Assembly: GCA_964035545.1 (NCBI GenBank)
Contig: OZ037773.1
Location: forward strand, 5,113,751-5,177,750
Origin: Bugula neritina
Taxonomy: Eukaryota > Animalia > Bryozoa
DNA length: 64,000 nucleotides
Reading direction: 5' to 3'
Shown here: in pieces, positions 49,548-64,000 of the stretch
How positions within the stretch are numbered: position 1 is the first letter of the stretch
Layout: the number at the start of each line of letters is the position of its first letter
Translations under genes and position numbers: made by a program
Notes under the pieces: model-generated
Database searches by the model: none
Seen by the model: only the letters and a program-made list of their open reading frames with translations
What the model was told of the DNA's origin: nothing

Positions 49548-49974
49548 CAGGTCATTTTACTTAATTTAGTAGACACTGGAAATCTCCAGTTTTTAGCTAT
49601 TTATTTTTACAAGTTAGCTGTTAATGAACTCGGGTATTTGCCCAAAACTAGTAAAATATGAATGAACACACCTAAATAATTGAGTTTCTTTTTAATTTTG
49701 CTTGATTTCCCATGTTTTTTTAGCTATTCAGCTAATTTTGATTTCGGAGAGTTATGGTTTTTTCATAACACTCTGCAATCAAAAGTAGCTGAATAATTAG
49801 GAAAAAACATAGGAAATCAAGTAAAATTAAGATGAACCTTGATTATTTAGGTGTATTAATTGATACTTTACCAGTTTTGGACAAAAGCCCATGTTCATCA
49901 GCAGCTATAAAATTGTCAAAACTAGCAAAAACATGAAGATTTCCAGTGTGTACTAAAATAAGTAAAATGACCCA
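49548..49974. mobile_element. Foldback MITE, paralog of 26426-26849
   Basis: Same TA-flanked long inverted arms. Confidence 0.8.
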
Positions 49975-50369
49975 TACATTTAATAGCAAGCAACTTTAGT
50001 AGAAGCATTTGATTGCACGTTTATGAGCTACTGTTCACTTTCAGAATTGGACTACGAATAAATATAAATTAAAGATCACATAACATATATGAAAAAGAAA
50101 TTGTAATCAATGTCTGCATTTCCTATATACACTTGAAACATTTTGATTGTTGATTTGCGTTTTTTGTATGAAGGAAACCTTAAATTAACAAAAAAGATTT
50201 GCTGCAGCATACTTCTACATTCTTGAGTGTGTACTATATTAGCTGTTGAAAAAAAACATGTTTTTAAAATTATTATATGATTGCATTATTTTTATTTAAA
50301 CTAATATTATTATAAATCACAACACACCAAGAAACACTGGTTATATATACTGTAGAATAATTAGCAATT

Positions 50370-50792
50370 AAACCCTTTTCAGAGGGCCCTGATACCCCCT
50401 TTACAATTAAGAATTGTGTCCTACCAAAGTGAATAGGTTGAACTTTTGTATAAAGAGCGAACTCATTGAGAATTTAAAGTTTGGCTGTTACTAAAAATTT
50501 TAATTATGTTATAGAATTGTTCTTTTAGGAGATAGATATTTTGGTATAAGCACCCAAATTAGCAGCTCAAAAATAATTTAAAAATATTTCTTCATGCAGA
50601 ATTTTGAAGAAAGTAAGCTTGAAAGAATTTCTGTGGATTTGGTTACTGAGCAATGGCTGAAGTGGCACTTCAGCATTGCTCAGTAGCCAAAACCACAAAA
50701 ATGAGTTCAAGTTTATCTTGTTCAATAATTTTTATTTTGGAAGGACACAACTCCTAATTGTAAGGGGGACATTGGAAACCTCTGAAAAGGGT
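50370..50792. mobile_element. MITE, paralog of 27245-27669
   Basis: acccttttcagagg...cctctgaaaagggt TIRs and the same internal hairpin. Confidence 0.7.
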
Positions 50793-50814
50793 CTATTATA
50801 ACTAAAATCAACAT

Positions 50815-53128
50815 TCAATATTTCTCGCAGACAAATTTCATAGTAGCATAATCACAGGTGTAGTCAAACCATCTGAAATTGATGTGCCTGAGGATACAAT
50901 TCCCAGAGTAATCTGGTTCATCCTGATTAAATTTAGAATAGTCCAATAGTTCACCATTGTCCCATTCCCATTCACCATTCTTCATAGTAGCCCCAACCCA
51001 TATGTCATGATTCCATGCTGTAACAAACCTTATTATAGCTGGGTGCAAGAGTTGGGTTTTAGCGTGCAGTTTTACCTGATGATTTTGTAGTTTACGAGCA
51101 ATGTACGTTATAGGTTTTTGGAAATGCCATTGAATAAGACATTAAGCACCAAATCTATATACTGAATTTAGAAATTTAATTGCTTTATGTTTTTCATTTC
51201 CAAGTTATAACAAAACAGTAGAAAATTACACAAGTTTATAGTCACCATCTCTGTGAGAATCCCTGATGAGAAGGTATTTTTTAAAATTGGCTAAGGAATT
51301 ATTCATTACATTGAGCACAAGAGCGAGTATGACTGAATGCTCTTCCTGACATCACCGATGGCCTTCACTAGTGTACTTGGAAGCCATGACCTCGTGTTTA
51401 CTAAGCCAAACACTCTAACCTTTAGACCATACTAAGCTGCTTTTATGTTATATTAAGCAGGGACCAAAGAGCACCATGTTATAAGCTTAGTGTATATTAG
51501 CTCATTATAATTATTGACATTTCACATGCAAGAAACATCTTTTACCATTAGGATAGTTATTGCAGTTGCCCTAGTATAACAGCTATTGTCTGCACATTTG
51601 CAAAAGCTAAAACATCTTATTTCTTGTCTTTGTTACCTATCTGTCTAAGAGATGAACACACTTACAAGGTTCTTCAGCTACCAGAGTCTGGTACCATTCA
51701 AAGACCTCTTGAGTGTCTAACATCAGAAGATTAGCTCCAATAGATGCACAAACAGTTCGAGCCTCATTGCCTGTTTTGGCTTCAGAGAAGAATTTGAGAC
51801 AAGTTCGTTTTACTGGGTTTACCTTCCAACCAGGTTCACAAGCACCATTGAGTTCTACAAAGTCAGTATTTAATTTGAAGTTTTGCTATTTGTCTTATAG
51901 AAAAATTAAAACTTTTCTCAACTTTAGATTTATTTATTTTTGAAATTGATTGTATATGTAACTCTATTAATAAAATTTCTTACTATTTATTTTATATCAT
52001 CTACAAGACTTCCCTTAAGTTGCTGCTGCCAATAAAAATAAAATTATAAGAATAATAATGTATTAAAATGCTTTAGAAACATTGCGGTAAGTTTTATTTA
52101 TTTTCTGGGCATCTTTACACTGTAATACAGGCTATATATTGAACAAAGCTTCTTTTACAGTCTAAATCATGATTCCCAAATTTTACTAAAATATTTATCA
52201 CTGACGTTGAAGGCCTGTTAGTTTGCTCTTAATTGATTTCAAAGTTTTCATCTGAACTTTTGTAGCTTTTTAAACAGATTTCTTTTTAGGCAAGTAATTG
52301 CTGTCAAGCAAATGCCTATTTTTAAGAAAACAACTAAATGCACTTGAAATTATTTAAAATACTAGAAAATATAGAGTATAGCTTTGAGTTATGCAAAAAA
52401 TTAATAATTGTTTTGAAATTTCTTTCATTTTGAAGAGGATGCCTGCTTATTACCAACTTGCAAACTTGACTGAGTTCTGAAAATAATATTATAGAAAAAA
52501 ACTATTTAACAAAGACACCAGAAAGGCACCTAAAAACATACCCGTATCATATACTACTGTGTAGTAAGACTCAAAGGCTAGACTGCTGACAGAGTAAGAA
52601 CTAAACTTAGACCAGACACACTCTTGAGTAGAGTTCTTGTAACCAAACGATTTGCAGCTGGTTTCACTCAGACAGTTTTGTGCACATTTTAACACAGAAC
52701 TGAGTGTGACTGAAGATGAGTTGTGTAAAACTCGTCCTCTAGTATCTTGTTGGTAGTATAGAAAGCTTCAAGAGTACCATGGAAACCTGAGAAGTATATA
52801 AACACAGCTATGAGATTAGGATATTGTAACCTTGTGAAAGAATACCATTTTAAAAACTTTGGCAAAGCTTGTACATATAATTGTGATATTGCGTTCAAAA
52901 TATAGAGTAGCTCTATTCCGTAAATACAAAATCCATTTTTAATAACAAAACGAACACTTTGACTGATGCTCAACTTGAGCCAAATGAAAACATATCAAGG
53001 TCTTAAAAGCCATCAAAACACTTTTTTTAAAAAATTCAAGCAGACCAAAGCACTACAATCTTATTTACCTGAAAGCCATGGAATATTAGAGGCAGTAGTG
53101 CCAAAAGAAAAGTATTAGAATATTACAT
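50815..53128 (-). pseudogene. PAN/apple + C-type lectin, copy 7 (pseudogene, EPD/WFD)
   Basis: Same ATG-TAA (exon 53128-53069) and +4-nt frameshift (exon 52786-52542) as copy 4. Exons 51854-51666 and 51017-50815 are open. Confidence 0.85.
51240..51440 (-). mobile_element. tRNA-derived SINE in intron 3 of copy 7
   Basis: Paralog of 28120-28320. Confidence 0.6.
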
Positions 53129-53345
53129 AATCTATGAGTAAAAGCTATCTATTAAAATAAAATTATTGCACAGCTACAAGCTGTTTCCAACCAACCGATA
53201 ACCAAGTTGTTACTGTAATGTATATGTTGCAAATCAACATTCAATATGCTGTATGCATTAAAATTGATGTTACAAACAATTATCTTTTACCCAAGTACTA
53301 TTTTTATAAAAAAACAACAATGAGATTTCCTGAAAATAAATTTAA

Positions 53346-54103
53346 AGGATTGCTCTATCTTAGTTTATTACAATCACATTATAATTATGAACTATAATCT
53401 AATGTGTATGCAAACAATTGTGACTTTATATGCCTAGAAAACAGCTTTTCAAAATTCCAATTTTGAGGGAGGTAAAGTTTTCAGCCATGAAAAAGAATAG
53501 CCTAATACGTGACGTGTGAACGCCAGTAACTATGCTGCACGTGCTAACTATAACGCTAGTATTCAAGGTTGCTGAGCGCAACATCAACCAATAACGCTCA
53601 AGCAGTTACAGTGCGCTATATAGGTCAGCTTTGGTGCGCCCGTAATATTGTACAATTTGACCTAGTTTAGATCGATCGCAGGCATTCATCCTAAAGAATG
53701 CATGTTTTTGCAATGCTTTTTTCTATGCTTACAAGCAAAATATGGCCTAATGTTATCACATACATGTTATTTAACATGTCAAAAAACTATAGATTGAGAT
53801 AATTCACATTTGCACTTCTATAAATATACAAATTACGAGCTGAAAGATCACATCTCACAGTCATATTTCTATAGTTATTCATTTGTATAGTCACGTGACC
53901 AGCAGGAATGCTGGCGCTGTTACGTCACAGTTCCCAGCTCATTTCAAAATCGGCGTTTTGGCTGTTACCAATCTACACCCTCAACTTCAACTAACCTTTT
54001 CTACCTTTGGTCAAATGCTTTTTGTCAATGCATGCTTAGAAAAACACAATATTATGTGTGTTTGACCTAAATGGCCATTTATTAGACAAGATAGAGCAAT
54101 CCT
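53346..54103. mobile_element. TTAA-targeting MITE (Kolobok-like), 758 bp
   Basis: Perfect 16-bp TIR aggattgctctatctt with TTAA duplicated on both sides. The empty site aaataaat-ttaa-atttcaca is at ~30215-30232. Confidence 0.9.
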
Positions 54104-54539
54104 TTAAATTTCACAGATGCAACTTGTGTAAACATGAGTTATAACTTCTGTCAATTTTAATTGCTAAGTGTGTCAACATGGTTTGTTAGTTTATTACTGT
54201 ACAGTACCTATACGTTTAGTTAGGTGCATGAGCTTTACAACTATGTACTTAGTTTGTTTATTAAGTAATAAAACTTATAAAAGCATACAAAGTTAATTCT
54301 ATTTTTCTATAATCAATAAAATTTGCATTGTATAGACTTTATTCTGATTTTTACTGTAGTTGGCATGAGCTCAATTTAACAAAAAAAGTTAGATTTCATT
54401 CTATAGACAGATGCCCTAATGCAGGATTGTCCTTAACCTTTTTAGACAGAGGGACAGTCTGAAAGTTTAAGCTTTGCAGGTGGGAGGGGTAGGGGTAGGC
54501 CTCATACATATACATGTATATACGTATATGTATGAGGCC

Positions 54540-55015
<476 letters not shown>

Positions 55016-55571
55016 TTTAATCAAACATATCTAATATGTTAAAAATTCATATGAGTAAATCATTTTATTACCATATTAGTTTCATGTTTACACATTTTTT
55101 GTTCAATAGAAAGACGTTCATTTCTTATGGTTATAAGTATTAATCAAAATATACATTTAATTTAAAAACATTATAAATTTCCTAAAAAGCTATTCTTGTT
55201 GAAGTAGTTGTCTGCCCTTTTAGTAAAAACTGTTCACTGTCAAAACTGAATTGCGAACCAATAAAGAGCACATAACATGTATGAAAGAAAAGTTGTAATC
55301 AAAGTCTGTATTTCCTGTATAAACTTGAAACATTCTGATTGCTGTTTTGAAAGCTATTTTATATGAATGAAGACTTAAATTAACAAAAATATTTGCTACA
55401 GTAAGTACATTTACAAGTGTGCCCTATTTTGTTGAAACAAAACACGTTTTTAGTTGTTATACAAGTGCATTATTTTTAGTTGAACTGCTTCTATTGTAAA
55501 TTACACCACCAAGAAATTACACCATGTTTATATATATAGAAAAAGTAGGAAATTTTAAATAAAATCAGCAT

Positions 55572-57837
<2,266 letters not shown>

Positions 57838-58451
57838 AATTTATGAAAATCAGCTATCTAGAAATAGAACAGTCACACAGTTATAATCTATTTCCAATTG
57901 ACAGCATGAAACCAAATTTGGCAGTATGTATACTTTGTAAATGTTATAAATCAGTATTCAATAAGCTTCATGCATTAAAATTGACATTACAAACAATCAT
58001 CTTTCACCCAAGTGCTATTTTTATGAGGAAAACAATGATATTTCCTGAAATAGAAGTTAAATCTCACGGATGTAACTTGTGTAAACATGGGCTGCAACTT
58101 GTGTCAATTTTGAGTGGAAATTCTGTCAATATCTTGTCGATTTGATATTGTAAAGCACCTTTAATTTCTGTAAAGTGAGCTTTACAATTATTTACTTAGT
58201 TTGTTGATTGTAATTATAAAAGCATACAAAAGTCAATTTTATTTTTCAATAACCAATAATTGCATTGCAGGTTTTTTTTCTGATTTATACTGCAGCTGAC
58301 ATAAGCTTAATTTAACACGAACAGTTATTTTAACTGCCAAATAGCTTTGTTAGATTCTATTTTTATGTGAGATTATAGACTGATACTGTAACAGATGACA
58401 ACCGTGAGTAGGAATTAGGTAGCTGTACGCTGATGCAACCTTGACAGTATA

Positions 58452-58646
58452 TAGTCACCATCCCTGTGAGAAACTCCTGATAGAAAAAGATTTTGTTAGA
58501 TTGGGCTAAGGACTTATTCAGATGAGGCACAGGAGCAATTATGACTGGATGCTCTTTCTAACATCACCAATGGCCTTTGTTCGGGCTCGAGCCCATGACC
58601 TCTTGCGTACTAGGCAAACGCTCTAACCCCTAAACCACGGCTGCTC
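58452..58646 (-). mobile_element. tRNA-derived SINE copy (apparently full length)
   Basis: Minus strand gagcagccgtggtttaggggttagagcg...gggctcgagccc (A/B-box-like) plus the shared body. Confidence 0.65.
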
Positions 58647-59875
58647 TTTAATCTTGACAAAAAAAGATTTTCATTAGTGGTGATGTTAAAATAACATCCA
58701 TCTTGTAAACCAATAAATACAATTGTTGAATTAATTGACTTATAGGACGTTAAACAAATATAGAATTGTTTTAATAACTATTTTTTAGCAGATGACTTTA
58801 GAAAACTTATAACCATAGTCAAGCTATATACTGTTTGCTCATACCAACTGCAATAAATAGCATCTCAAATGATATAATCTCGTGGGTAGAGACTATTTAA
58901 AAGTTGCAATATTTTTGTAGCTGTTGCATTATGTTTAGCTTATCGGTTTTAGCCATTGAACATTGATTAACAATATCCGGCTTTCTCAAACATTTTATTA
59001 TATCAATATTAGCTGAGCTGTCTCCAAACATGAACATTGATTTTTACATTATCAGATTAAGTTTTACCCTGTTTTTTAAATTAATTGCAAATAAAAAACA
59101 TAATATCTATAACGTCTAGCACACTAATGCACCAGTTAGCAATTAAGTGCTGGCAAGAACACCTCCCAGATCACACTGAACACAATATTTTTATAAAAAG
59201 TTGTACTGATTTTATACCAAGTAGTCAAAATTTTACATCTTTGAATAAAATGTCATTGGTAGTGTATTGTTTATAATTTGTAAAACATATTTAATGTGTG
59301 GTGCAAAAACCACTGATATAGATTATGTATAATAATATGTATGACCAAGATTAAAAACATGGTGAATGAAATAATTTGAATAGTGCATTTACAATATAGG
59401 GAATGGGAATATTCAAGAAGCTACTCTTCTAATATTTTTTGAGTTCTCTTGGTATATTATCACGTGATAAGCTATGAAATTTGCTTTTCTGTTGCAAATA
59501 GTGTAGATTTTTATATACATTAGATTTAATTAATCTCAATTAGATATACAATGGTGCCTTGACTAGCTGCAGTGCTATTGCGCTATAGGCCTTGCCATTT
59601 TGTTTATTTTCCTCAACTGTATGTATTTTTTCTGTCTGCGACAAAATAAAACAAGCAAACAAAAGAGCGAACAACTCCTAAGCAAAAAAATCTGATTGTA
59701 CTTGCATAGAGTTATTTATTTTATTCAAAATTGTAAAAATACAACCTCATTGTGAAATCAATTAAGTTCAGACAAATAGTATATAAAGAGAAATTTGCTT
59801 GTTCGGGTTTTCCGGTTAGGGTCTGTTTCCATCAGCTCTGTATTGGTGAGAGAGAGTACAGATGAGGATACGAGT

Positions 59876-61686
59876 TTAGTGTTTGTGGTAATACTTCCGA
59901 TCTAAATAAGAATATTGTATTTATATGAAAAGATCAGCTGCTATTTTTGTGACTGTAGACATGCAGACATATGTTAGACATGAAGACATAAAGACTGATG
60001 ACTATTTTATAGCTTGAAAAAAATGAAAAGTGCTTTAATTACCATGCGTAGGCAACTCCGCGCTGCTTTGTTTACAGCTAATGAATGCAATGTGCATGCT
60101 TGTAGTATTTATAGTAGTCTATTGATCGCTTATCAAATTCTATATGTGGCCACTTAGCTGATACATGTAAGAAGTAATTTGATTGGTTAAAGCATGTCAT
60201 CAGTGATTTGATTGGTCAGGTTACTCACATCTAGTTTGTCGAGAAGATCCGGTACATTTCTTTCCTCCACATTTTGGATACGGTCTGCTACACGTTCTGG
60301 TCCTCTGTTGTTTGTTGAAGTAGATATAACCTTTTTTATATCCTGCCCACTGCGACCAACTGGACCACCCACCATTAACTGTAACGTATAAAAAACATCT
60401 GTTACTTAAGCAATATAAAATCAAAGTAAATATCACTCATGTTGAAAATTTTGAGATAATAAAAATATTTTTAAACTGGCAAAATATTATGTGTTGGAAA
60501 AGTATGTAATATTTAGTGAAAACTTTATTTAATGCACACATGAAACAATTTGTATTAACTTGGTAATTATAAGCTATATGCAGATTGACAAGTAATGGAT
60601 CCATAGTTTTTACTTGAGAGTGTCATGTTATTTAATTAAAAAGCTCAGTCTATATACCACTCTATTATAAACCTAAATAGTTCTGGGCTTACAATCAGCA
60701 TAAACTTTAACCCTTTGGCTTACAATGTTTTATATAAGATTAGATGCATGTACCAAATTGTGAAACTAAATAACACTGTAATACTCCTAGACCTACCAGG
60801 ACAGCACTGTTTGTTGCAAGACCTGCTCTGGAAAGAGCTGCCTAAACATCGTCCGGGGACACCACCGTGATAGATTACGTGTAAGCTGAGACATCTTCTA
60901 GTTCGTTTCTGTACACCTCCTCCACATGACTTGGTACAGCTTGACCAACTGCTCCACTTTCCCCAGTAATCTGTGTTATATATAGTATGCGTCATATATT
61001 GTATGCATCATCAGATGATATATATATAGCATATTGTATATTTTATAGTATACATGTATTATAATATAGTAGATCACTTACATCCATATGGTGGATAAGG
61101 CTTTATTGAAACGCTGGTGGCTTCAAGGAAACCTAAAAGTCAAATATAGGGTTTTGTTATTAGAATCAGAACACTTTCTCTTTTGGAAGCTATATTTAAA
61201 AACACTATAGTGTGTGAACACGCATAGCATATATATTGCTCACATGTGAGCATAGAATATATAGATGTGTAAAAAAAGCCTATAAAACACATGTATGAAT
61301 ATGTAACAGATTTGGAGATCTAATATTTAAATATTGTGCACTAAAACTTGTGTTCCTTTTTATAAATAGTACAATTTATCAGTTTACTAATGGTAGGATC
61401 TGTACTTACCAATGAACCCAACAAGAAGGACTCCTAGAAGAAGTGTTTTATCTAAAACCAAAAAAAACATATTATTACATGATTATTTCTCTAAGTTTTT
61501 ACAAACACACATATTTAACATCATTCACAGAATCACACAATTAACTTTATAATAAAAATTACTCTTATAACAATATAAAGTGTATAATATCTCGATTTAC
61601 TCATGGTTAGAACACAAAATGTATACATATTTCTACTTATGTACATGGTTAGAATATAAAATGTATGCAAATTTCTACTTACTCAT
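59876..61686 (-). CDS. Small secreted protein with two thrombospondin type-1 (TSP1) repeats, ~148 aa
   Basis: Exons 61686-61683, 61451-61410, 61132-61082, 60970-60797 (WGKWSSWSSCTKSCGGGVQKRTRRC..C), 60378-60229 (GGWSSWSQW..QQRTRTC..C) and 59901-59876 (YRKYYHKH*). Signal peptide MNKTLLLGVLLVGFIGFLEA. The last exon is inferred; if unspliced, the gene would stop at 60221. Confidence 0.8.
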
Positions 61687-62887
61687 TGTTAGAATGGTAG
61701 TTGAAGTCAAACCACTGAAGTTTACTATAAATAATAAAAATAACACTGCACTTTATATACTCTCTGAACACCAGGATTTAATATAAATTTTTTTGCTACT
61801 TTATCAAAGTAGTATATAGTTCCTCTTTAACTTGAGAAAGGAAAAATGCAGTTAAATTGTCATTTATATACAATTTTCATATATATTTTCGGAAAACAGC
61901 TTCCTTGTAGGTTGCATTATTAAATATCTAGCTCAGTGTAAATAAAGGGAAGTTTTAAGACATCTTGTGACGGTTAGTAACAGGTTCAGCAATGTTAATG
62001 TGTATGAAGTATTTCATATTATATAAAGGGATGGTATGTATTGATGAGAAATTGAAAGCGTTAATAAGGATGTTATTTTTCACTCTTATGATGTCATAAA
62101 GGCATTTCCTTGCTCTACCTCACACTACTCAAATAACATATAAAATATTGCTACATATTAATGAAGATGAATGAGAAAAAGATTAGCCCTAAAGGCATAA
62201 TATTGTAAATACCTTTCACATCAAATGACCTTTCCTCAAGTTATCATAGCTGTCAATATTCTGTTTTGAAAGCCAATATAATAAATCAGATCTTATATTA
62301 ACTCTATAACATCTCAGTATTTAATCTTTGATATTTTAGTGTGCATTAGAAATTATAATTAGTAGAAAACTTGAAATTTTGCTCTTTTAGTTTTTTATAA
62401 ATCATAAAGAAGCTTGCGATGAAATGTAACCAGGTTGTGAAAGAAGAGAATGAATTGAAAAAAAAAACAAATTAAACTTAATACTATTACTTTGATAAGT
62501 GATATACTATATATATTTATTGCATGATAAATAATAAAAGACATCAATTTTATATATATTAAATAAAGCACTATAGGTATTATGCAGGGTTAAATGTTAA
62601 AATAATATTTTGCCTTTCAGAAGGCTAAAAGTGCATCAATATACAGGAGGAAAGAGCTAATAGAATGCATAAAATTATAATAAATTGTATCACACAGATC
62701 ATAATGCAAGAACTAAGGTTTTATATATAACACAACTTATTTACTGCAGTGTTTTTGAAACAAAGAACAGATCTTTGCAGCAAATATGGAAGAGTAATTT
62801 AAATGTATAATAACTCATTCACTATATAACAATGTTCTGGAAGATGAAGTATGAGTATATTAGCACAAAGGTGAGATAGTGAGATTG

Positions 62888-63892
62888 TTAGAAGCAGCTT
62901 GGTGCAGAAATAGTTTTGGTTGAACCATGGAAATCAGCAGGAAATGTGAATTGTAAGTATGAAGGAAGTACAGGCTCAGAGCTGGTTGTGGTAAGAGTGA
63001 ATGGATACGGTGGTGGCGGATATTTCTCTAAGAGAGGAGATGAGACAGAGCTGGTGATTACTTTGACCACAATTTGTTGGTATACTACAGCAAACTGATT
63101 GGTTTGATCAAGGAACCACTCGGATCTCTAGAGTAATGAGAATAGACAGAGTTGAAAATGGAATACAGAACAGGATAGTTTAGGCAGCACTTGAAAGAAT
63201 GAAGTACAGTATTTTTACATTATTACTTCAACTCTGTTGAGAAGAAAACATGAGGTGATGTAAGAAGCATTATGCAGAAGGATTACCATCAAACATATAT
63301 ATAACAGTCAAACATGAAGCATGCAAAATGTATATTAAATCACCACTATCATAATTGTAAAGAGTTTCTCGGTTTAAAAAATTTATGTTTATATAAAATA
63401 TGCTTTTCGAGTTAAAAGAAAGTTGTCAAAGAACAGAAATAAATTTAACTAACCATGACATACTTTTCTCAGTCGCTCCAAACTTTTAGCCATAAGTTTT
63501 TCAGCTTCTTCATTATATAACTTTACGAGTTCATGGAATGGCAGAGTAGGCTAAAAATGAATGATGTCGAGTTACTAAGCATTAATCATATGTATACTAT
63601 ACTGAGGAATTATATTACATTCCATGAGAACATGTGCATGGAGTAGTGGAATATCCCTGCAAACTAAGTATAGTTCAAAGTTCAGAGCAAACCATATAAT
63701 ATGGGTTTAGCATCTCCTCTATCACATCTTGTCAACTGGAACATATCATTTTCTACAGACCCTGTCTTTGTCCGATCAGCAAACTGATTCAAATTCTCCA
63801 GACCAAACACAGAGGTGAGTGGAAAATAATTCAGCAAGAGCTCCACTACTTCAACTGCTTTCTTGATCTTACAAGGGTCATTATTGCTGTTC
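62888..63892 (-). pseudogene. 3' exons of RhoGAP-domain gene copy C (continues beyond the window; possibly also damaged)
   Basis: Exons NSNNDPCKIKKAVEVVELLLNYF.., PTLPFHELVKLYNEEAEKLMAKSLERLRK and RSEWFLDQ..YPPPPYP..CF*. The splice donor present in copies A and B is deleted here (~63705). Confidence 0.65.
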
Positions 63893-64000
63893 CTATTAAA
63901 ATATACAATGCAATGATTATTTAAAATGATTGAGTTACTTATATAGTGCACAAAATAGGACTAAATAAATTAATCAACTATTACAATTAACCTATATAAT

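Noticed and set aside
54422-54500. Possible hAT-like terminus caggattgtccttaaccttttt followed by a G-rich run
   Set aside because: No matching opposite TIR or 8-bp TSD was found.

Overview
AT-rich, intron-containing eukaryotic (invertebrate-type) DNA. The ORF track shows only single exons, so the gene models below were assembled by hand from GT-AG sites and phase-consistent joins. The window is dominated by a minus-strand tandem array of eight 4-exon genes encoding secreted proteins: a 20-aa leader, a PAN/apple domain and a C-type lectin domain (CTLD). Six copies are intact and two are pseudogenes. The last exon, which carries the sugar-binding loop, is far more divergent than the other exons, and the copies are exon-level mosaics. 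Copies 2-4 and 5-7 form a ~14-kb segmental duplication. Other genes are a 13-exon type I membrane protein with an NHL/beta-propeller-like ectodomain (+, 2.6-10 kb), a secreted NHL-repeat gene that appears inserted into the array (-, 32-34 kb), a small secreted two-TSP1 protein (-, 59.9-61.7 kb) and three damaged RhoGAP gene copies. Mobile DNA includes a 2.66-kb Gag-protease-only LTR retroelement (128-bp LTRs, tRNA-Ser PBS, 5-bp TSD) in a lectin intron, several MITEs and a tRNA-derived SINE family. There are also several microsatellites. No tools were used, so domain calls come from motif recognition and counts are by eye.
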